Shown: positions 38,635 to 49,359, counted from the first letter of the stretch. The stretch is DNA of 64,000 nucleotides from an uncultured bacterium (GCA_964387845.1 CAYLXA010000005.1:128001-192000); one strand, 5' to 3'. Numbers and translations are program-made. Notes: a model not told the origin generated them from the sequence alone.

Positions 38635-39030
38635 ATGGCCATGATCGGTTACAAAGAAGAACCCGAGAAGCGTAAATTTCCCAGAACCAAAAAACAGTTC
38701 ATCATCCGCTATCGCGCGTTTAAAGGTGCCGAATATGAAGGCGGATGGAGCCCGGCAACCACCCAGGATATTAGCGAGGAGGGCTGTTATTTCACTGCAA
38801 CCGCGCCTTTTGAAAAAGAAGCCCACATCGAAATATTGATGAAAATTCCGGCATCACGCGACGATCTTAGGTTTGTTGCCGAAGTTCGGCATTGCACCCA
38901 GCTATCGGCTAGAGCGATGGAGGTTTACGGGATCGGCGTCCAGTTTCAGCGCGTGGGTTCTTCGAATTTATCGATGGCGGTTTTGAAGTCTTACCTGGAC
39001 AAAGTTATTCCTGCCAAAAACTCAGCGTGA
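38635..39030 (+). CDS. PilZ-domain protein
   Basis: RKFPR (RxxxR) and DISEEG (DxSxGG) c-di-GMP-binding motifs. Confidence 0.7.
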   Translation: MAMIGYKEEPEKRKFPRTKKQFIIRYRAFKGAEYEGGWSPATTQDISEEGCYFTATAPFEKEAHIEILMKIPASRDDLRFVAEVRHCTQLSARAMEVYGIGVQFQRVGSSNLSMAVLKSYLDKVIPAKNSA

Positions 39031-39951
39031 CGATTCGTTCGGCACGATTTTTTGCAATTCCTGCGGCAATTTTGCTTCAAATACTTTTTTTTCCTTCGTG
39101 ACCGGGTGTTCCATGGTCAGCCGAAAAGCATGAAGCGCCAGGCGTCCGGCCGGATTGGTTTTAGCGCCGTATTTTTCATCACCGACAATCGGGTGCCCCA
39201 AGTCAGCCAAGTGAACGCGGATCTGGTTTTTCCGGCCTGTTTCGAGCGTGACTTCCAAAAGCGCCCGTTCGCGGTTTGACTTCACCGTTTGATATTTTGT
39301 GACTGAAAATTTGGAAGCCGGATTCGGCCGTCCGGAAAAAACACGTTGAAATTTGTCTTCGCTTAGAAAGCTTTTGATCGTTCCGAATTTCCTTTTCGGA
39401 CATCCTTCCACAATCGCGTAATATTTTTTATCAATCGATTTCCAATTTTCCTGAAGCCATTCTCGGATTTTTTCGGATTTTGCGAACAATAAAATTCCGG
39501 ATGCGTTCCGGTCCAGCCGGTGCGCAATCACGGCGCGCGTTTTTCCGGAAGAATCGCGGCGTTTCAGAAATTCGTTCAACTGATGATCGGCCGTCTGTGT
39601 TTTGATTTTGTCTGTCGCGACGCTCAGGAGCCCGGAAGGCTTGTTGATGACGAGGATCGAATCGTCTTCGTAAATAATTTCTAATTTTGAGGCGATTTTT
39701 TTGGCATGATGAAATTCCGGTTTCGACGACGATTCGGTGACGCTGATTTTATCGCCGGGTGAAACTTCCCAGTTGTAGCGTGTATTGACCTGACCGTTGA
39801 CGGAAATCTGCCCGCGTTCCAAGAGTTTCTTTAGCTTGCTCCGGGAATAACCTGCTGCATGGGTAGTTAAATATTCTAAAAGCTTTCCGGATGAGCGGAC
39901 GGCAACGGTAAACATGACGTGCATCATAGTGGATTTAAAGGGAACGGTCAA
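39022..39951 (-). CDS. RluA-family pseudouridine synthase with N-terminal S4 domain
   Basis: [16 protein letters not shown] catalytic motif; start may be a downstream Met. Confidence 0.85.
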   Translation of the reverse strand: MTVPFKSTMMHVMFTVAVRSSGKLLEYLTTHAAGYSRSKLKKLLERGQISVNGQVNTRYNWEVSPGDKISVTESSSKPEFHHAKKIASKLEIIYEDDSILVINKPSGLLSVATDKIKTQTADHQLNEFLKRRDSSGKTRAVIAHRLDRNASGILLFAKSEKIREWLQENWKSIDKKYYAIVEGCPKRKFGTIKSFLSEDKFQRVFSGRPNPASKFSVTKYQTVKSNRERALLEVTLETGRKNQIRVHLADLGHPIVGDEKYGAKTNPAGRLALHAFRLTMEHPVTKEKKVFEAKLPQELQKIVPNESSR

Positions 39952-40015
39952 TTTGCCTTATGGCTTGGTTTTGATTCATGTGTTAAAATACTTCTGTTCG
40001 CATCTTGAGGGATTT

Positions 40016-40828
40016 ATGAAGAAAAGTTTTGTTTTAGTCATCCTATTATCTGCATGTTTGATTTCACCTGTCCTCTTTGCCGATGATGAAAACCCCGTCC
40101 GAGCCGAGTTGATCTCCGAAGTTAAATCAGTTCAGCCCGGGCATCCGTTTTGGGTTGCGATCCATTTTAAAATGGATGAAGGCTGGCATACTTATTGGAA
40201 AAACCCGGGCGAAGTCGGGCTTCCCAACAAAGTGAAGTGGGATTTACCCGAAGGATTCGAAGCCGGGAAACTCAAATGGCCTTATCCGGAAAAGATCATG
40301 GAAGGCGACATTGCCGCATTTGCTTACGAGGGCGAGGTGCTTTTGCTTAGCGAAATCAAAACACCGGCTTCGATTGAGGGCCCGGAAGTGACGCTTAAAG
40401 CAGAAGTCGGTTGGTTGGCTTGCAAAGAAATTTGCTTGCCGGGAGAGGCAAGCGTGACGCTTTCACTTCCGGTTACCGCTGAAACACCCGAAGCAGACGA
40501 GCGCAATAAAGACCTATTCTCTGTAACCCGCTCGCATTTGCCTGTAACGGAGCCTGCTTGGGGTGTGAAAGTCGAAAGCAGTTGGGGTAAATTCAAGCTG
40601 CAATTTGCCGCGCTTGCGCAGCTGGAGAGTGCCGAATTTTTCCCGATCGAGAAACGAGTCGTTGAGCTTAGCGCTAATCAGGATTTCAAAAAAACAAAAG
40701 AAGGTTATGAGTTAATGTTGGTGCGCGCAAAAGATTTTGATAAATCAATCAAACAATTTCAGGGCGTTTTGGTGGTCCGGGGCATTGGAGCGGATGCGAA
40801 GGCGATCTGGGTTGACGTTAACCTTTAA
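40016..40828 (+). CDS. DsbD N-terminal-domain (alpha-domain)-like periplasmic protein
   Basis: signal peptide MKKSFVLVILLSACL; HPFWVAIHFKMDEGWHTYWKNPGEVGLP pattern; start at internal ATG. Confidence 0.7.
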   Translation: MKKSFVLVILLSACLISPVLFADDENPVRAELISEVKSVQPGHPFWVAIHFKMDEGWHTYWKNPGEVGLPNKVKWDLPEGFEAGKLKWPYPEKIMEGDIAAFAYEGEVLLLSEIKTPASIEGPEVTLKAEVGWLACKEICLPGEASVTLSLPVTAETPEADERNKDLFSVTRSHLPVTEPAWGVKVESSWGKFKLQFAALAQLESAEFFPIEKRVVELSANQDFKKTKEGYELMLVRAKDFDKSIKQFQGVLVVRGIGADAKAIWVDVNL

Positions 40829-40895
40829 CTCCGGGGCCCATGTCTCGGAGCAATAACCGGATTGAAACTCGAGGTTTCGATTCATTGGAGGAATT

Positions 40896-41501
40896 ATGAA
40901 AAAGTTATTTTGGGTTCTTTTGCTGGCATTGTGCGCGGGATTTTCAGCCCATTTGTTTGCGGCTGCGGAAGTCGGCCAGCCGGCTCCGGATTTTTCACTG
41001 ACGGATTCATCGGGCACAACGCATACGCTGTCGGAACATAAAGGAAAGTTTGTCGTGCTGGAATGGGTCAATTACGACTGCCCGTTTGTCAAAAAACATT
41101 ACAGTGTCGGCAATATGCAAAATTTACAGAAAGAATTCACCGGAAAAGGCGCTGTGTGGTTCTCGATCAATTCTTCTGCGCCCGGCAAGCAGGGCAATTT
41201 CTCAGCCGAAGAAATTAATCAAAAAATCGCAGAGAGCGGCGCTGCCCCTTCGGCTTATTTAATGGATCAAACAGGCGATACGGGAAGAGCTTATGGCGCT
41301 AAAACAACGCCGCATATGTTTGTTGTGGATCCGCAAGGTGTTTTGATTTACAAAGGCGGCATTGATGATAAGCCGTCAACCGATTCGGCGGATATCGCGG
41401 GCTCCAAAAATTATGTTTCCGCGGCGCTGAATGAAGCCATGGCAGGGAATGCCGTGACCAATGCGAGCACCGATTCGTACGGCTGTTCCGTGAAGTATTA
41501 A
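40896..41501 (+). CDS. secreted thioredoxin-fold redoxin (AhpC/TSA/TlpA-like)
   Basis: signal peptide; VVLEWVNYDCPFVKKHY active-site region. Confidence 0.6.
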   Translation: MKKLFWVLLLALCAGFSAHLFAAAEVGQPAPDFSLTDSSGTTHTLSEHKGKFVVLEWVNYDCPFVKKHYSVGNMQNLQKEFTGKGAVWFSINSSAPGKQGNFSAEEINQKIAESGAAPSAYLMDQTGDTGRAYGAKTTPHMFVVDPQGVLIYKGGIDDKPSTDSADIAGSKNYVSAALNEAMAGNAVTNASTDSYGCSVKY

Positions 41502-41766
41502 AGCAAAACCATCATTGCGAGCCGCATTGTTTGTTGGCGAAGCAATCTCAGCTCGATTTATTTCTCTCCGCTTTCTTGCGCGCGATGATTTTTAGCCGAT
41601 CGGGCTAAACAAAAATCATCGTGCTCAGCCCATTCAGAAAGATTGAGCCATTCAATCTTTCCTCATGATGGCGCTCCGAGAAACAATTTGAGCTTCGATG
41701 TTTATAAAAGCTTCCTGAAGGGCGAAATGTTTTGTTAATACAAATTTAACATGGTACTTTTAAAGG

Positions 41767-42621
41767 GTGCTTGAGCAAAAATACAAAAACGTGATTACAG
41801 CTTATTTGGATACTAGTGTTTACAATAAAATCTTAAATTCGGACGCAAATGAAATCGAACGGTTAATCGAGAGTTGTGTTCGAGAAAAGAAAGTAATTAT
41901 CAGGGCCTCGCTTTTGAATGCTCAAGAAATATTGTTGGCAGATGCAGAAAGTAAAAGAAAACTTTTCTCGCTTGCAAGAAAAATAACCCATAATCTTGTT
42001 TATGAAGAAACCCGTAATATTTTGAAGTTGGATTTTGATAGTTTTTTAAGAATTAAGACACAACATCAAAATATATATTCCACAGCTAATTGGTACTCAT
42101 TTTTAGAGAAAGGAACCGCTGGTAATTTTGATCAAATGTATGGCGATATTAAGAAAGATAGCTCATATCATCAATACAAACCTGTATTCTTAAGCGAAAT
42201 CAAAGAAGCTTGTGAGAAGGCAGATAAATTTTCTGATCGAAATTTAAGATTCTCGAAAGTAAAATTGCTATCACAAAAATCAGATATACAATTTTTGTCT
42301 GGTCTTTTACGGTTATTTTACCCAGCAGAATATATTTCGGATTTGGTCAAATTGATTGATCTAAGAAAAATGCCACGATTGCGCTACGTGGTAAAATTTT
42401 TGTTACATACCATGGAACTGCATCTAACTGGCGGATTAAAACCAAAGTGGGGAGATAATACCGATATGCAGCATGTTATATACGCTTCTGATAATAAATA
42501 TTTTGTTACCGCCGACAAAAATTTTTTATCTCTCTTGCAGGGAATTAGTAACGAAGATACTAAATTTTTAATGTATGATGATTTCGCCAAAGAAATCAGT
42601 AGTCAATCTAAGTGGTTCTAA
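41767..42621 (+). CDS. hypothetical protein with PIN-like termini (N-term YLDTSVYN, C-term FVTADKNF)
   Basis: 284 aa, low-GC island. Confidence 0.35.
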   Translation: MLEQKYKNVITAYLDTSVYNKILNSDANEIERLIESCVREKKVIIRASLLNAQEILLADAESKRKLFSLARKITHNLVYEETRNILKLDFDSFLRIKTQHQNIYSTANWYSFLEKGTAGNFDQMYGDIKKDSSYHQYKPVFLSEIKEACEKADKFSDRNLRFSKVKLLSQKSDIQFLSGLLRLFYPAEYISDLVKLIDLRKMPRLRYVVKFLLHTMELHLTGGLKPKWGDNTDMQHVIYASDNKYFVTADKNFLSLLQGISNEDTKFLMYDDFAKEISSQSKWF

Positions 42622-42675
42622 GAATATAAAAATAGGGTAGAAAGCTACAGTCGCTTTTTTTTGTAGACCGCTATA

Positions 42676-43047
42676 ATGTTAAATAATCTACAGCTCAAAC
42701 TCATTTTCTCTAAAACCAAAGGCCATTGTCATTTTTGTGGCGACAAACTACGGTTTGATCGATACGGAAACCGAAGCGCAAAATCCTTAGATGGTATGTG
42801 GGAATTGGATCATATAATTCAGAGGGGCAAAGGCGGAAAGGATGAAATTAATAATTTTCTTCCGGCTTGCGCACGTTGTAATCAGCTCAGATGGCATCGC
42901 AAGGGAAAGCAGCTTCGAGAATTGATTTTCTTAGGTTTAATAGCAAAAGTAGAAATTAAAAAACATTCGCCTACAGGTAAACAAATTCTCTTGCTTAGGA
43001 AGAAGCGAATAGCTTCCAACCAAAAGCGCAGACGACTTTTTTTATAG
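42676..43047 (+). CDS. HNH endonuclease
   Basis: HCHFCGDK...ELDHIIQRGKGG...NFLPACARCNQLRWHR. Confidence 0.75.
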   Translation: MLNNLQLKLIFSKTKGHCHFCGDKLRFDRYGNRSAKSLDGMWELDHIIQRGKGGKDEINNFLPACARCNQLRWHRKGKQLRELIFLGLIAKVEIKKHSPTGKQILLLRKKRIASNQKRRRLFL

Positions 43048-43268
43048 AGAAGGAAGAATCTCCTGTTGCGGGAGCGGCGTCGAGAGAACGAGCGTCAGAC
43101 CGACGCGAGTGAACGAGCCGCAGTGAGTAAGGATGATTCTGCTTTGGCAGGCCGCCAAGAATCATCCGACGGAGCGTAGCGAAGCAATAGGAGATTCTGA
43201 CCTTGAGCGTAGATTGCTTCAGCACCAAATAATGCGCTTTCCTCCATAAAGCATGGCGGACAAGCGCA

Positions 43269-44108
43269 ATGACGAAATTTTTTATGTTTACTATTAAAGC
43301 ACCGGATTTTAATTTAGAGGCGACTCTGGAATCCGGACAGGTGTTCGGGTTCCAGAAATCACCGGATGGATTTTACGAGGGCACGATTGACGGCAGAGAG
43401 GTCCGGTTGCGTCAAGATTTAAACTTTCTTCAGGTTCAAAATCATTCGCAAAAAAGCACGGAGCCAAAAGTCCGGCACTTTTTTGATTTAGATCGCGATT
43501 TAAATCCTGTTTACGAAATTTTGAACAAAGAAGAACCCCTCGCCAAAATCCTCCAAAAATTTCGAGGGCTTCGCCTGATCCGGCAAAATTCATGGGAAGC
43601 GCTTGCATGCTTTATCATTTCTTCCAACAACAATGTGAAGCGCATTCAGGGAATTTGGAAAAACCTGACATCACGTTTGAGTGCAGACGGTTTTTCGTTT
43701 CCGAAGCCGTTTGAAATTGCTAAGAGCCATGAGCGGATGCTGAGAGAACTTGGGCTTGGCTACCGTGCACCGTTTTTATTTCGTTCCGCACAATTTTTGG
43801 CGCACAATCCCGTAAGTCTTGATCTCATTCGTGAAGCGGAATATTCGGAAGCACGCCACAGGCTGCTTCAATTTCCCGGCATCGGCCCCAAAGTCGCGGA
43901 TTGCGCGCTCCTGTACGGATTTCAAAAATATGAAGCGTTTCCTGTTGATGTTTGGATTTTGCGTGTGATGCGGAAATTATACTTCCGAAATCGGAAGGTT
44001 TCGGAAGAAAAAATTCACGGTTTTGGCCAAAAGCGCTGGGGAAATCTTGCGGGCTATGTGCAGCAATATTTATTTCACGGTGCCCGCAGCGGTCTTTTTG
44101 ATCTTTAA
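43269..44108 (+). CDS. ogg: HhH-GPD DNA glycosylase, Ogg-type (8-oxoguanine DNA glycosylase/lyase)
   Basis: [17 protein letters not shown] HhH-GPD motif with catalytic Lys/Asp context. Confidence 0.75.
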   Translation: MTKFFMFTIKAPDFNLEATLESGQVFGFQKSPDGFYEGTIDGREVRLRQDLNFLQVQNHSQKSTEPKVRHFFDLDRDLNPVYEILNKEEPLAKILQKFRGLRLIRQNSWEALACFIISSNNNVKRIQGIWKNLTSRLSADGFSFPKPFEIAKSHERMLRELGLGYRAPFLFRSAQFLAHNPVSLDLIREAEYSEARHRLLQFPGIGPKVADCALLYGFQKYEAFPVDVWILRVMRKLYFRNRKVSEEKIHGFGQKRWGNLAGYVQQYLFHGARSGLFDL

Positions 44109-45778
44109 CCGGTAATGGCGCCCTTCGATGAAGAGGAAACAAGCTTCGCGTATTTTGCCATGACGCCCATTTTGTAACGGGGTTTCGGTTCTTTCCATTT
44201 GCGAAGCCGCGCGTCGATTTCTTTCTTAGACAGTTTCACATCCAACCGGCGTTTTTTGGTATCGATCACGATCGTATCGCCGTTTTTCAAAGCGGCGATG
44301 GGCCCGCAAACCGCCGCTTCCGGCGCGACGTGGCCGATCATGAGGCCGTGCGTGGCACCCGAAAACCTTCCGTCTGTGAGAAGCGCGACAGATTCACCGA
44401 GTCCTTCACCGACAATGGCAGCAGTGACGCTGAGCATTTCACGCATGCCGGGGCCGCCTTTGGGGCCTTCGTAACGGATCACAATCACGTCGCCGGATTT
44501 GATTTTTCGGTCTTTTACCGCTTGAAAGGCATCTTCTTCACATTCAAACACTTTCGCCGGGCCTTCATGAAAAGCCCGAGTCTTTTCGGACATTTTCACA
44601 ACGCAGCCTTCGGGCGCGAGATTGCCTTTTAAAATCACAAGGCCGCCCGTGGGTTTCAGGGGATTTGAAAGCGGACGGACGACTTCTTGATTTTTGATTT
44701 CAACGGCTTTGGATGCTTCATCACCGATAGTTTTTCCGGTCACCGTTAAACAATCTTTGTGGAGTATCTTTGCTTCAAGCAGGCGCTTGGCAATCAACGG
44801 AATGCCGCCGACATTGTAAAGATCATTGGCCACGAACTTTCCGCTCGGTTTCAAATCGGCGAGCAGGGGAGTTTTGGCGCTGATTTTATCGAAATCTTCA
44901 ATTTTTAACGGAATTCCGGCTTCATAGGCCACGGCTAACAAATGTAAAACACCGTTTGTAGAGCCGCCGGTTGTTGCAACTGCCGCAATAGCGTTCTCGA
45001 TCGATTGGCGAGTGATAATTTTGTTTGGCCGAATATCTTTTTTCAAAAGTTCCATGACCATATGGCCGCACTGGCGCGCGATTTCAAACTTCTTAGGATC
45101 CAAAGCCGGAATGCTGTTGGCGCCCATCGGCGAAATGCCCATGACTTCGAACGCGGTCGACATCGTGTTGGCCGTGAATTGTCCGCCGCAAGCGCCGGCG
45201 CCGGGGCAGGCCTCGTCTTCTAAGTCATGCACTTCCTCCGGTGTCATTTTTCCGGCCGCGCATTTTCCGACGGCTTCGAAAACGTCTTGAATGGTGACGT
45301 CCTTACCTTTGAATTTTCCGGGTGCGATCGAGCCGCCATAGAGCATTAATGAAGGCACATTTAAACGGATGAGTGCCATCACAGTTCCCGGAATGGTTTT
45401 GTCGCATCCCGAAAGCGCAATCACGGCGTCTAATAAATGCGAGCGCGCGGCAAGTTCAATGGAGTCGGCGACCACTTCGCGGCTCACGAGAGAGCCTTTC
45501 ATGCCCTCGGTGCCCATAGTGATGCCGTCTGAAACGGAGATGGTATTGAATTCGATCGGTGTTCCGCCGGCTTCGCGAATCCCTTGGCGTACTTTCTCGG
45601 CTAGATCGCGCAGATGGAAATTGCACGGCATGACTTCGATCCAGGTATTGGCGATACCGATTAACGGCTTATCGAGATCCTCGTCTTTGAGGCCGATGGC
45701 CTTGAGCATGGCGCGCGCCGGAGCACGGTCAGTGCCGTCGGTTAAGAATTTGCTGCGGTGTTTCAAGGGTGATGACAT
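44105..45778 (-). CDS. ilvD: dihydroxy-acid dehydratase
   Basis: 557 aa IlvD/Edd family with CPGAGACGG Fe-S motif. Confidence 0.95.
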   Translation of the reverse strand: MSSPLKHRSKFLTDGTDRAPARAMLKAIGLKDEDLDKPLIGIANTWIEVMPCNFHLRDLAEKVRQGIREAGGTPIEFNTISVSDGITMGTEGMKGSLVSREVVADSIELAARSHLLDAVIALSGCDKTIPGTVMALIRLNVPSLMLYGGSIAPGKFKGKDVTIQDVFEAVGKCAAGKMTPEEVHDLEDEACPGAGACGGQFTANTMSTAFEVMGISPMGANSIPALDPKKFEIARQCGHMVMELLKKDIRPNKIITRQSIENAIAAVATTGGSTNGVLHLLAVAYEAGIPLKIEDFDKISAKTPLLADLKPSGKFVANDLYNVGGIPLIAKRLLEAKILHKDCLTVTGKTIGDEASKAVEIKNQEVVRPLSNPLKPTGGLVILKGNLAPEGCVVKMSEKTRAFHEGPAKVFECEEDAFQAVKDRKIKSGDVIVIRYEGPKGGPGMREMLSVTAAIVGEGLGESVALLTDGRFSGATHGLMIGHVAPEAAVCGPIAALKNGDTIVIDTKKRRLDVKLSKKEIDARLRKWKEPKPRYKMGVMAKYAKLVSSSSKGAITG

Positions 45779-45889
45779 GAATTCCTCCGGTCGATAATCT
45801 TTAAAAGCGTCAATATAATCCCAGTTTCAGAAAAAGAAAACAGTTTTTTTATGCGTCCCAATTATGATAAATTGAGCGGGTTTTGACTC

Positions 45890-45964
45890 GGGCCCTTAGC
45901 TCAACCTGGTTAGAGCAGGGCGCTCATAACGCCTTGGTTGGAGGTTCAAATCCTCCAGGGCCCA
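45890..45964 (+). tRNA. tRNA with CAU anticodon, most similar to tRNA-Ile2 (lysidine) rather than elongator Met
   Basis: cloverleaf GGGCCCU acceptor, anticodon loop CUCAUAA, T-arm GGTTCAAATCC; close to E. coli ileX; no encoded CCA. Confidence 0.8.
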
Positions 45965-46103
45965 TTCTGCGTCGCTGCGTCCTTTGCGGCGCAGCTATGC
46001 AGAATTGAAAAGTCGGAGGATTTGAAGGGAGCCCCGCATGACGCGAGGAAAGCCGAGCGTCAAGCTTGCGGGGCTTCGAAGAACAAGTTCTACTACAAAA
46101 AAT

Positions 46104-46481
46104 ATGAAACTAAATTTTTGGACTTTGCTCATGCTTTTGACAATCACCGGCTGCTCGCATCCGCCGGTTCAGACTGCTGTGTGGCACCGAAGCATCTCGG
46201 GTGTTATCAGCGAAGTGAACCGGGATGATTATCGTTTTGTCTTGTTAAGTGAAGATGCTGTGAGCGGAGTCACAAGCGTTTTTCAATTGAAGCCGGATAC
46301 CGGTACGCGATTTCAAAACGCCGTGGGTTTCCGTGATTTAGGAAAAGGCGATTCAGTTTCGGTCGATTTTACGCAAAATGCAAAGGGCGAGTTTGTTCCT
46401 AGCCGGGTTATTTTAACCAAGAAAGCAGTGGAAGACGAATCAAGCCAGGCGGAAAGCAAAGGATACGCGCTTCTCGAATGA
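46104..46481 (+). CDS. lipoprotein, hypothetical
   Basis: lipobox LTITGC; start at internal ATG. Confidence 0.5.
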   Translation: MKLNFWTLLMLLTITGCSHPPVQTAVWHRSISGVISEVNRDDYRFVLLSEDAVSGVTSVFQLKPDTGTRFQNAVGFRDLGKGDSVSVDFTQNAKGEFVPSRVILTKKAVEDESSQAESKGYALLE

Positions 46482-46500
46482 TGAAACAAATGGGTGCAGC

Positions 46501-47655
46501 TTGAAAATTTTACGGACTTATTGCCTCAAAGAATTGGTGACACCTTTTTTGCTCTCACTTTCTCTTTTCGGCTTTGTGTTTATTGTCGGTAATTTGGTGA
46601 AGCTTGCGGATTTGCTCGTCAACCGCGGCGTCAGCATTGTTGATATTATCAAAATCCTGCTTCTCTTGATTCCGGAACTCATCGGATTTATTTTGCCGAC
46701 CGCAGCGCTGGCGTCGGTGCTTTTGGTTTTCGGCGGATTTGCGCAGAATAATGAAATTACGGCAATGAAGGCAAGCGGGGTCAATATTTTCCGCGTGATG
46801 ATCCCAATCATGACCATCGCACTGATCATGAGCATCGGCGCTTTGTTTTTGATCGATCAGCTCCAGCCCCGCGCTAAATTTACTTCGCGCATGATCATCA
46901 ATGAGATGTTGACCAAAAAACCGACGGCTTATATCGAATCTGGGCGCTTCATCAAGGATTTCAAAGGTTACATTCTGCGTGTCCGTAATGTGAAAGGAAA
47001 TCAGTTGGAGGGCGTTACGATTTTCCAGATGCGTGAAGGCGGGCCGACGCGGACCATCATGGCCGAGCGGGGCGAGCTGGTGACGTCGGATGACGGCGAG
47101 CACAACACAGTCGGGCTTCAGCTTTATAACGGAACCAGCGATGAACCAAATCCGGATGATCCGACGGTGGTTTATAAATTAAATTTTGATACTTTCTTTC
47201 TGCCCGCGATTAACGTGACGGACAATGCGTCTCAGAAGTCAAAGCGCAAAATCAAAGAAATGACGCTCGATGAACTCATTTTGATTTTACGCAATATGCG
47301 GGATTATAAAGAAGAGATGCGGGAGCAGGGAAAAGCAGAAGATGAAATTGCAACCGAAACCCAGGAGTTGACATTAAGAGCAAAGGCCGAAATTCACAAG
47401 AAAATCGCATTTTCCCTTGCCACTTTTTGTTTTGTCATGGTCGGACTTCCGCTTGCAATCGTCACGCGGCGCGGCGAAGCCGTCGTCAGCTTTGGTTTGT
47501 CGATGGCTGTCGTGGCGATCTACTATATTTTGTTTATTTGGGGAGGCACGCTCGCGGTAAACGGTTATCTGCCTGCTTATATCGCGCTTTGGATTCCCAA
47601 CGTGGTTGCGATTCTGGCATCAACCTTCTTCATGGCGAAGATTGTGCGGTTATAG
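46501..47655 (+). CDS. LptF/LptG-family LPS export permease
   Basis: YjgP/YjgQ topology with periplasmic beta-jellyroll insert. Confidence 0.8.
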   Translation: MKILRTYCLKELVTPFLLSLSLFGFVFIVGNLVKLADLLVNRGVSIVDIIKILLLLIPELIGFILPTAALASVLLVFGGFAQNNEITAMKASGVNIFRVMIPIMTIALIMSIGALFLIDQLQPRAKFTSRMIINEMLTKKPTAYIESGRFIKDFKGYILRVRNVKGNQLEGVTIFQMREGGPTRTIMAERGELVTSDDGEHNTVGLQLYNGTSDEPNPDDPTVVYKLNFDTFFLPAINVTDNASQKSKRKIKEMTLDELILILRNMRDYKEEMREQGKAEDEIATETQELTLRAKAEIHKKIAFSLATFCFVMVGLPLAIVTRRGEAVVSFGLSMAVVAIYYILFIWGGTLAVNGYLPAYIALWIPNVVAILASTFFMAKIVRL

Positions 47656-47689
47656 CTCTTTTGTGTTATACTCTTTCGGTTCTTTGAGA

Positions 47690-48125
47690 AAGGCTTTTCT
47701 CGGTAGATGATCGCCTGCTGCATTTTGCAGTGGGAGGAAAGTCCGAACTTCACAGGGCAAGGCGCCCCGTAATACGGGGTGGGGCGGGAGCAAATCCCGC
47801 TTTAAGGAAAGTGCCACAGAGATTATACATCCGAAGTGGTAAGTGATAAGTGGTAGGTGGTAAATAGTAAATAAAGGAGTTATTGGCTTCTCATCAACTT
47901 AGCACTTACAACTTATCACTTACTACTGGATAAAGGTGAAACGGTGGCGTAAGAGACCACCGTGTATCGGCGTAAGCTGGTATGCAAGGTAAACCCCGCC
48001 TGAAGAAAGATGAAGATCGCGCAAGTTGACTTGTTCAGCTCAGGGCGGCCCGTTCTGCGCGCGTCTAACAAGATCGAATGACCCGAGGTTGCAAAATCCG
48101 GGCTAGACAGATGATCATCGCTTCT
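47690..48125 (+). ncRNA. rnpB: RNase P RNA (bacterial type A) with heptamer-repeat hairpin in P12 position
   Basis: P4 GGAGGAAAGUCCG; GGUGAAACGGUGGCGUAAGAGACCACC; AAUCCGGGCUAGACAG 3' P4 strand; boundaries approximate. Confidence 0.8.
47836..47928. repeat. family D heptamer hairpin (GTGGTAA GTGATAA GTGGTAG GTGGTAA ... CTTACAA CTTATCA CTTACTA) inside rnpB
   Basis: read directly. Confidence 0.65.
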
Positions 48126-48127
48126 TC

Positions 48128-48212
48128 AGTTGTAAGTGATAAGTGATAAGTGGTAAGTTGTAAGTTTTAAGAATTCATAAACTTATCACTTAAAACTTAC
48201 CACTTACAACTG
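48128..48212. repeat. family D heptamer hairpin immediately 3' of rnpB
   Basis: GTTGTAA GTGATAA GTGATAA GTGGTAA GTTGTAA ... rc arm. Confidence 0.65.
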
Positions 48213-48259
48213 GGGAAGAAACAGAATTCGGCTTATGCCGAGAAAAGCCTCTCTTTTTT

Positions 48260-48344
48260 AGTTTTAAGTGATAAGCGTTAAGGGATAAGTTAAAAACTGC
48301 ATATTTTTGTTTTTCTTACCTCTTACAACTTATCACTTACCACC
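48260..48344. repeat. family D heptamer hairpin (degenerate)
   Basis: GTTTTAA GTGATAA GCGTTAA GGGATAA ... CTTACCT CTTACAA CTTATCA CTTACCA. Confidence 0.6.
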
Positions 48345-48450
48345 GAATCCACTTAATTTCCTCTGCATAGTTATCAGATTATCCTCCTTGACAAATCGTA
48401 TATGTAATGTATTATTTAATATATAGAATGTATTACATTAAGGAGACCCT

Positions 48451-48684
48451 ATGAAACGAAAAGAAAAGCGAGAGGGCTTGACCTCCGTTCAAATCCGACC
48501 TCAAATTGCCCGCATGATGGAGAAGTTTGCGCGCCGGGGCCTCAGTAAGAGCGAGTTAATCAATGAAGCCCTCAGGCAATATTTGATCGAGAAAGAATTT
48601 CAGGAACTGCGCAATGAACTGCTTCCTTACGCCCAGGCGAAGGGTATTTATACCGATGAAGATGTCGAGCGGCTTTTGAAATGA
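48451..48684 (+). CDS. ribbon-helix-helix (CopG-like) antitoxin
   Basis: 77 aa; palindromic AT operators upstream (48368-48440). Confidence 0.7.
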   Translation: MKRKEKREGLTSVQIRPQIARMMEKFARRGLSKSELINEALRQYLIEKEFQELRNELLPYAQAKGIYTDEDVERLLK

Positions 48685-49076
48685 AAGTTGTTTTTGACAC
48701 CAATGTCTTAATCTCAGGTTTTCTGACAACCACCGGCCTTTGCGAGCGCGCACTGAACATCGGGCTCAAACGCCATGCGGTCATTTTATCTGAGTTTATT
48801 CTGAAGGAATTTGGTGAGAAATTGCACCATAAATTAGAAGTGCCGTTAGAGAAGGTTTTGCGTACAGTTACTTTTTTAAAGAAAAGAACGCTGGTTTTGG
48901 ACATTCCGAACAACCCAAAAATTGAGTTTTCAGATAAGAAAGATATCCCCATCTTGAGTCTGATAGAAGCCGCGAAGCCAAATTATTTGGTCACAGGAGA
49001 TAAGCGTTTGCTTGGCTTAAAGAAGTTTGGCCCAACCCTCATCATCTCCGCCAGGGAAGGAGTAGAGGTTCTTTAA
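48681..49076 (+). CDS. PIN-domain toxin (VapC-like)
   Basis: VVFDTNVLISG...YLVTGDKRLL acidic tetrad pattern; ATGA overlap. Confidence 0.8.
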   Translation: MKVVFDTNVLISGFLTTTGLCERALNIGLKRHAVILSEFILKEFGEKLHHKLEVPLEKVLRTVTFLKKRTLVLDIPNNPKIEFSDKKDIPILSLIEAAKPNYLVTGDKRLLGLKKFGPTLIISAREGVEVL

Positions 49077-49077
49077 A

Positions 49078-49180
49078 GCAAGCGTCAAGCCACCGGCTAC
49101 AGGCCTCAAGCTTAAAAGGCTGAAGCTTAGGGCTTATAGCTTGAAGCCTGCAGCCTGCGGCTAGTAGCTTGACTACAGAT
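49078..49180. repeat. family A heptamer-periodic palindromic element
   Basis: ...CAAGCTT AAAAGGC TGAAGCT TAGGGCT TATAGCT TGAAGCC TGCAGCC TGCGGCT AGTAGCT... Confidence 0.55.
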
Positions 49181-49359
49181 AATCCCCAAAAAACCTGATT
49201 TTCACGAAAAACCACGGTTTTAAGAAGATTTTCCCTATAGAAATTCACTTTTCAAAAGCCCGCAAGTAAGTCATCCTGGACTTTTGCTAGCCCTTGAATT
49301 CCCCCCCCATGTGTTAATTTTCCTTTGAAGTAAGTCAAATCAAAAGGAGAAATAAAAAA

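Noticed and set aside
42995-43228. 77-aa minus-strand ORF between HNH and ogg
   Set aside because: It coincides with the stem-loop-rich leader region. It has no RBS or homology, so it is more likely a structured RNA or UTR.
45938-46228. 96-aa plus-strand ORF
   Set aside because: It starts inside the tRNA(CAU) gene and overlaps the better-supported lipoprotein ORF in another frame.
46555-47103. 182-aa minus-strand ORF
   Set aside because: It is antisense inside the LptF/G permease gene.
47826-48350. Clustered short direct repeats (GTGGTAA GTGATAA ...) that at first glance resemble a CRISPR array
   Set aside because: The units are 7 nt, contiguous, and without unique spacers. Each array is mirrored by its reverse complement, forming hairpins, and no cas genes are present. 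One copy lies inside rnpB.
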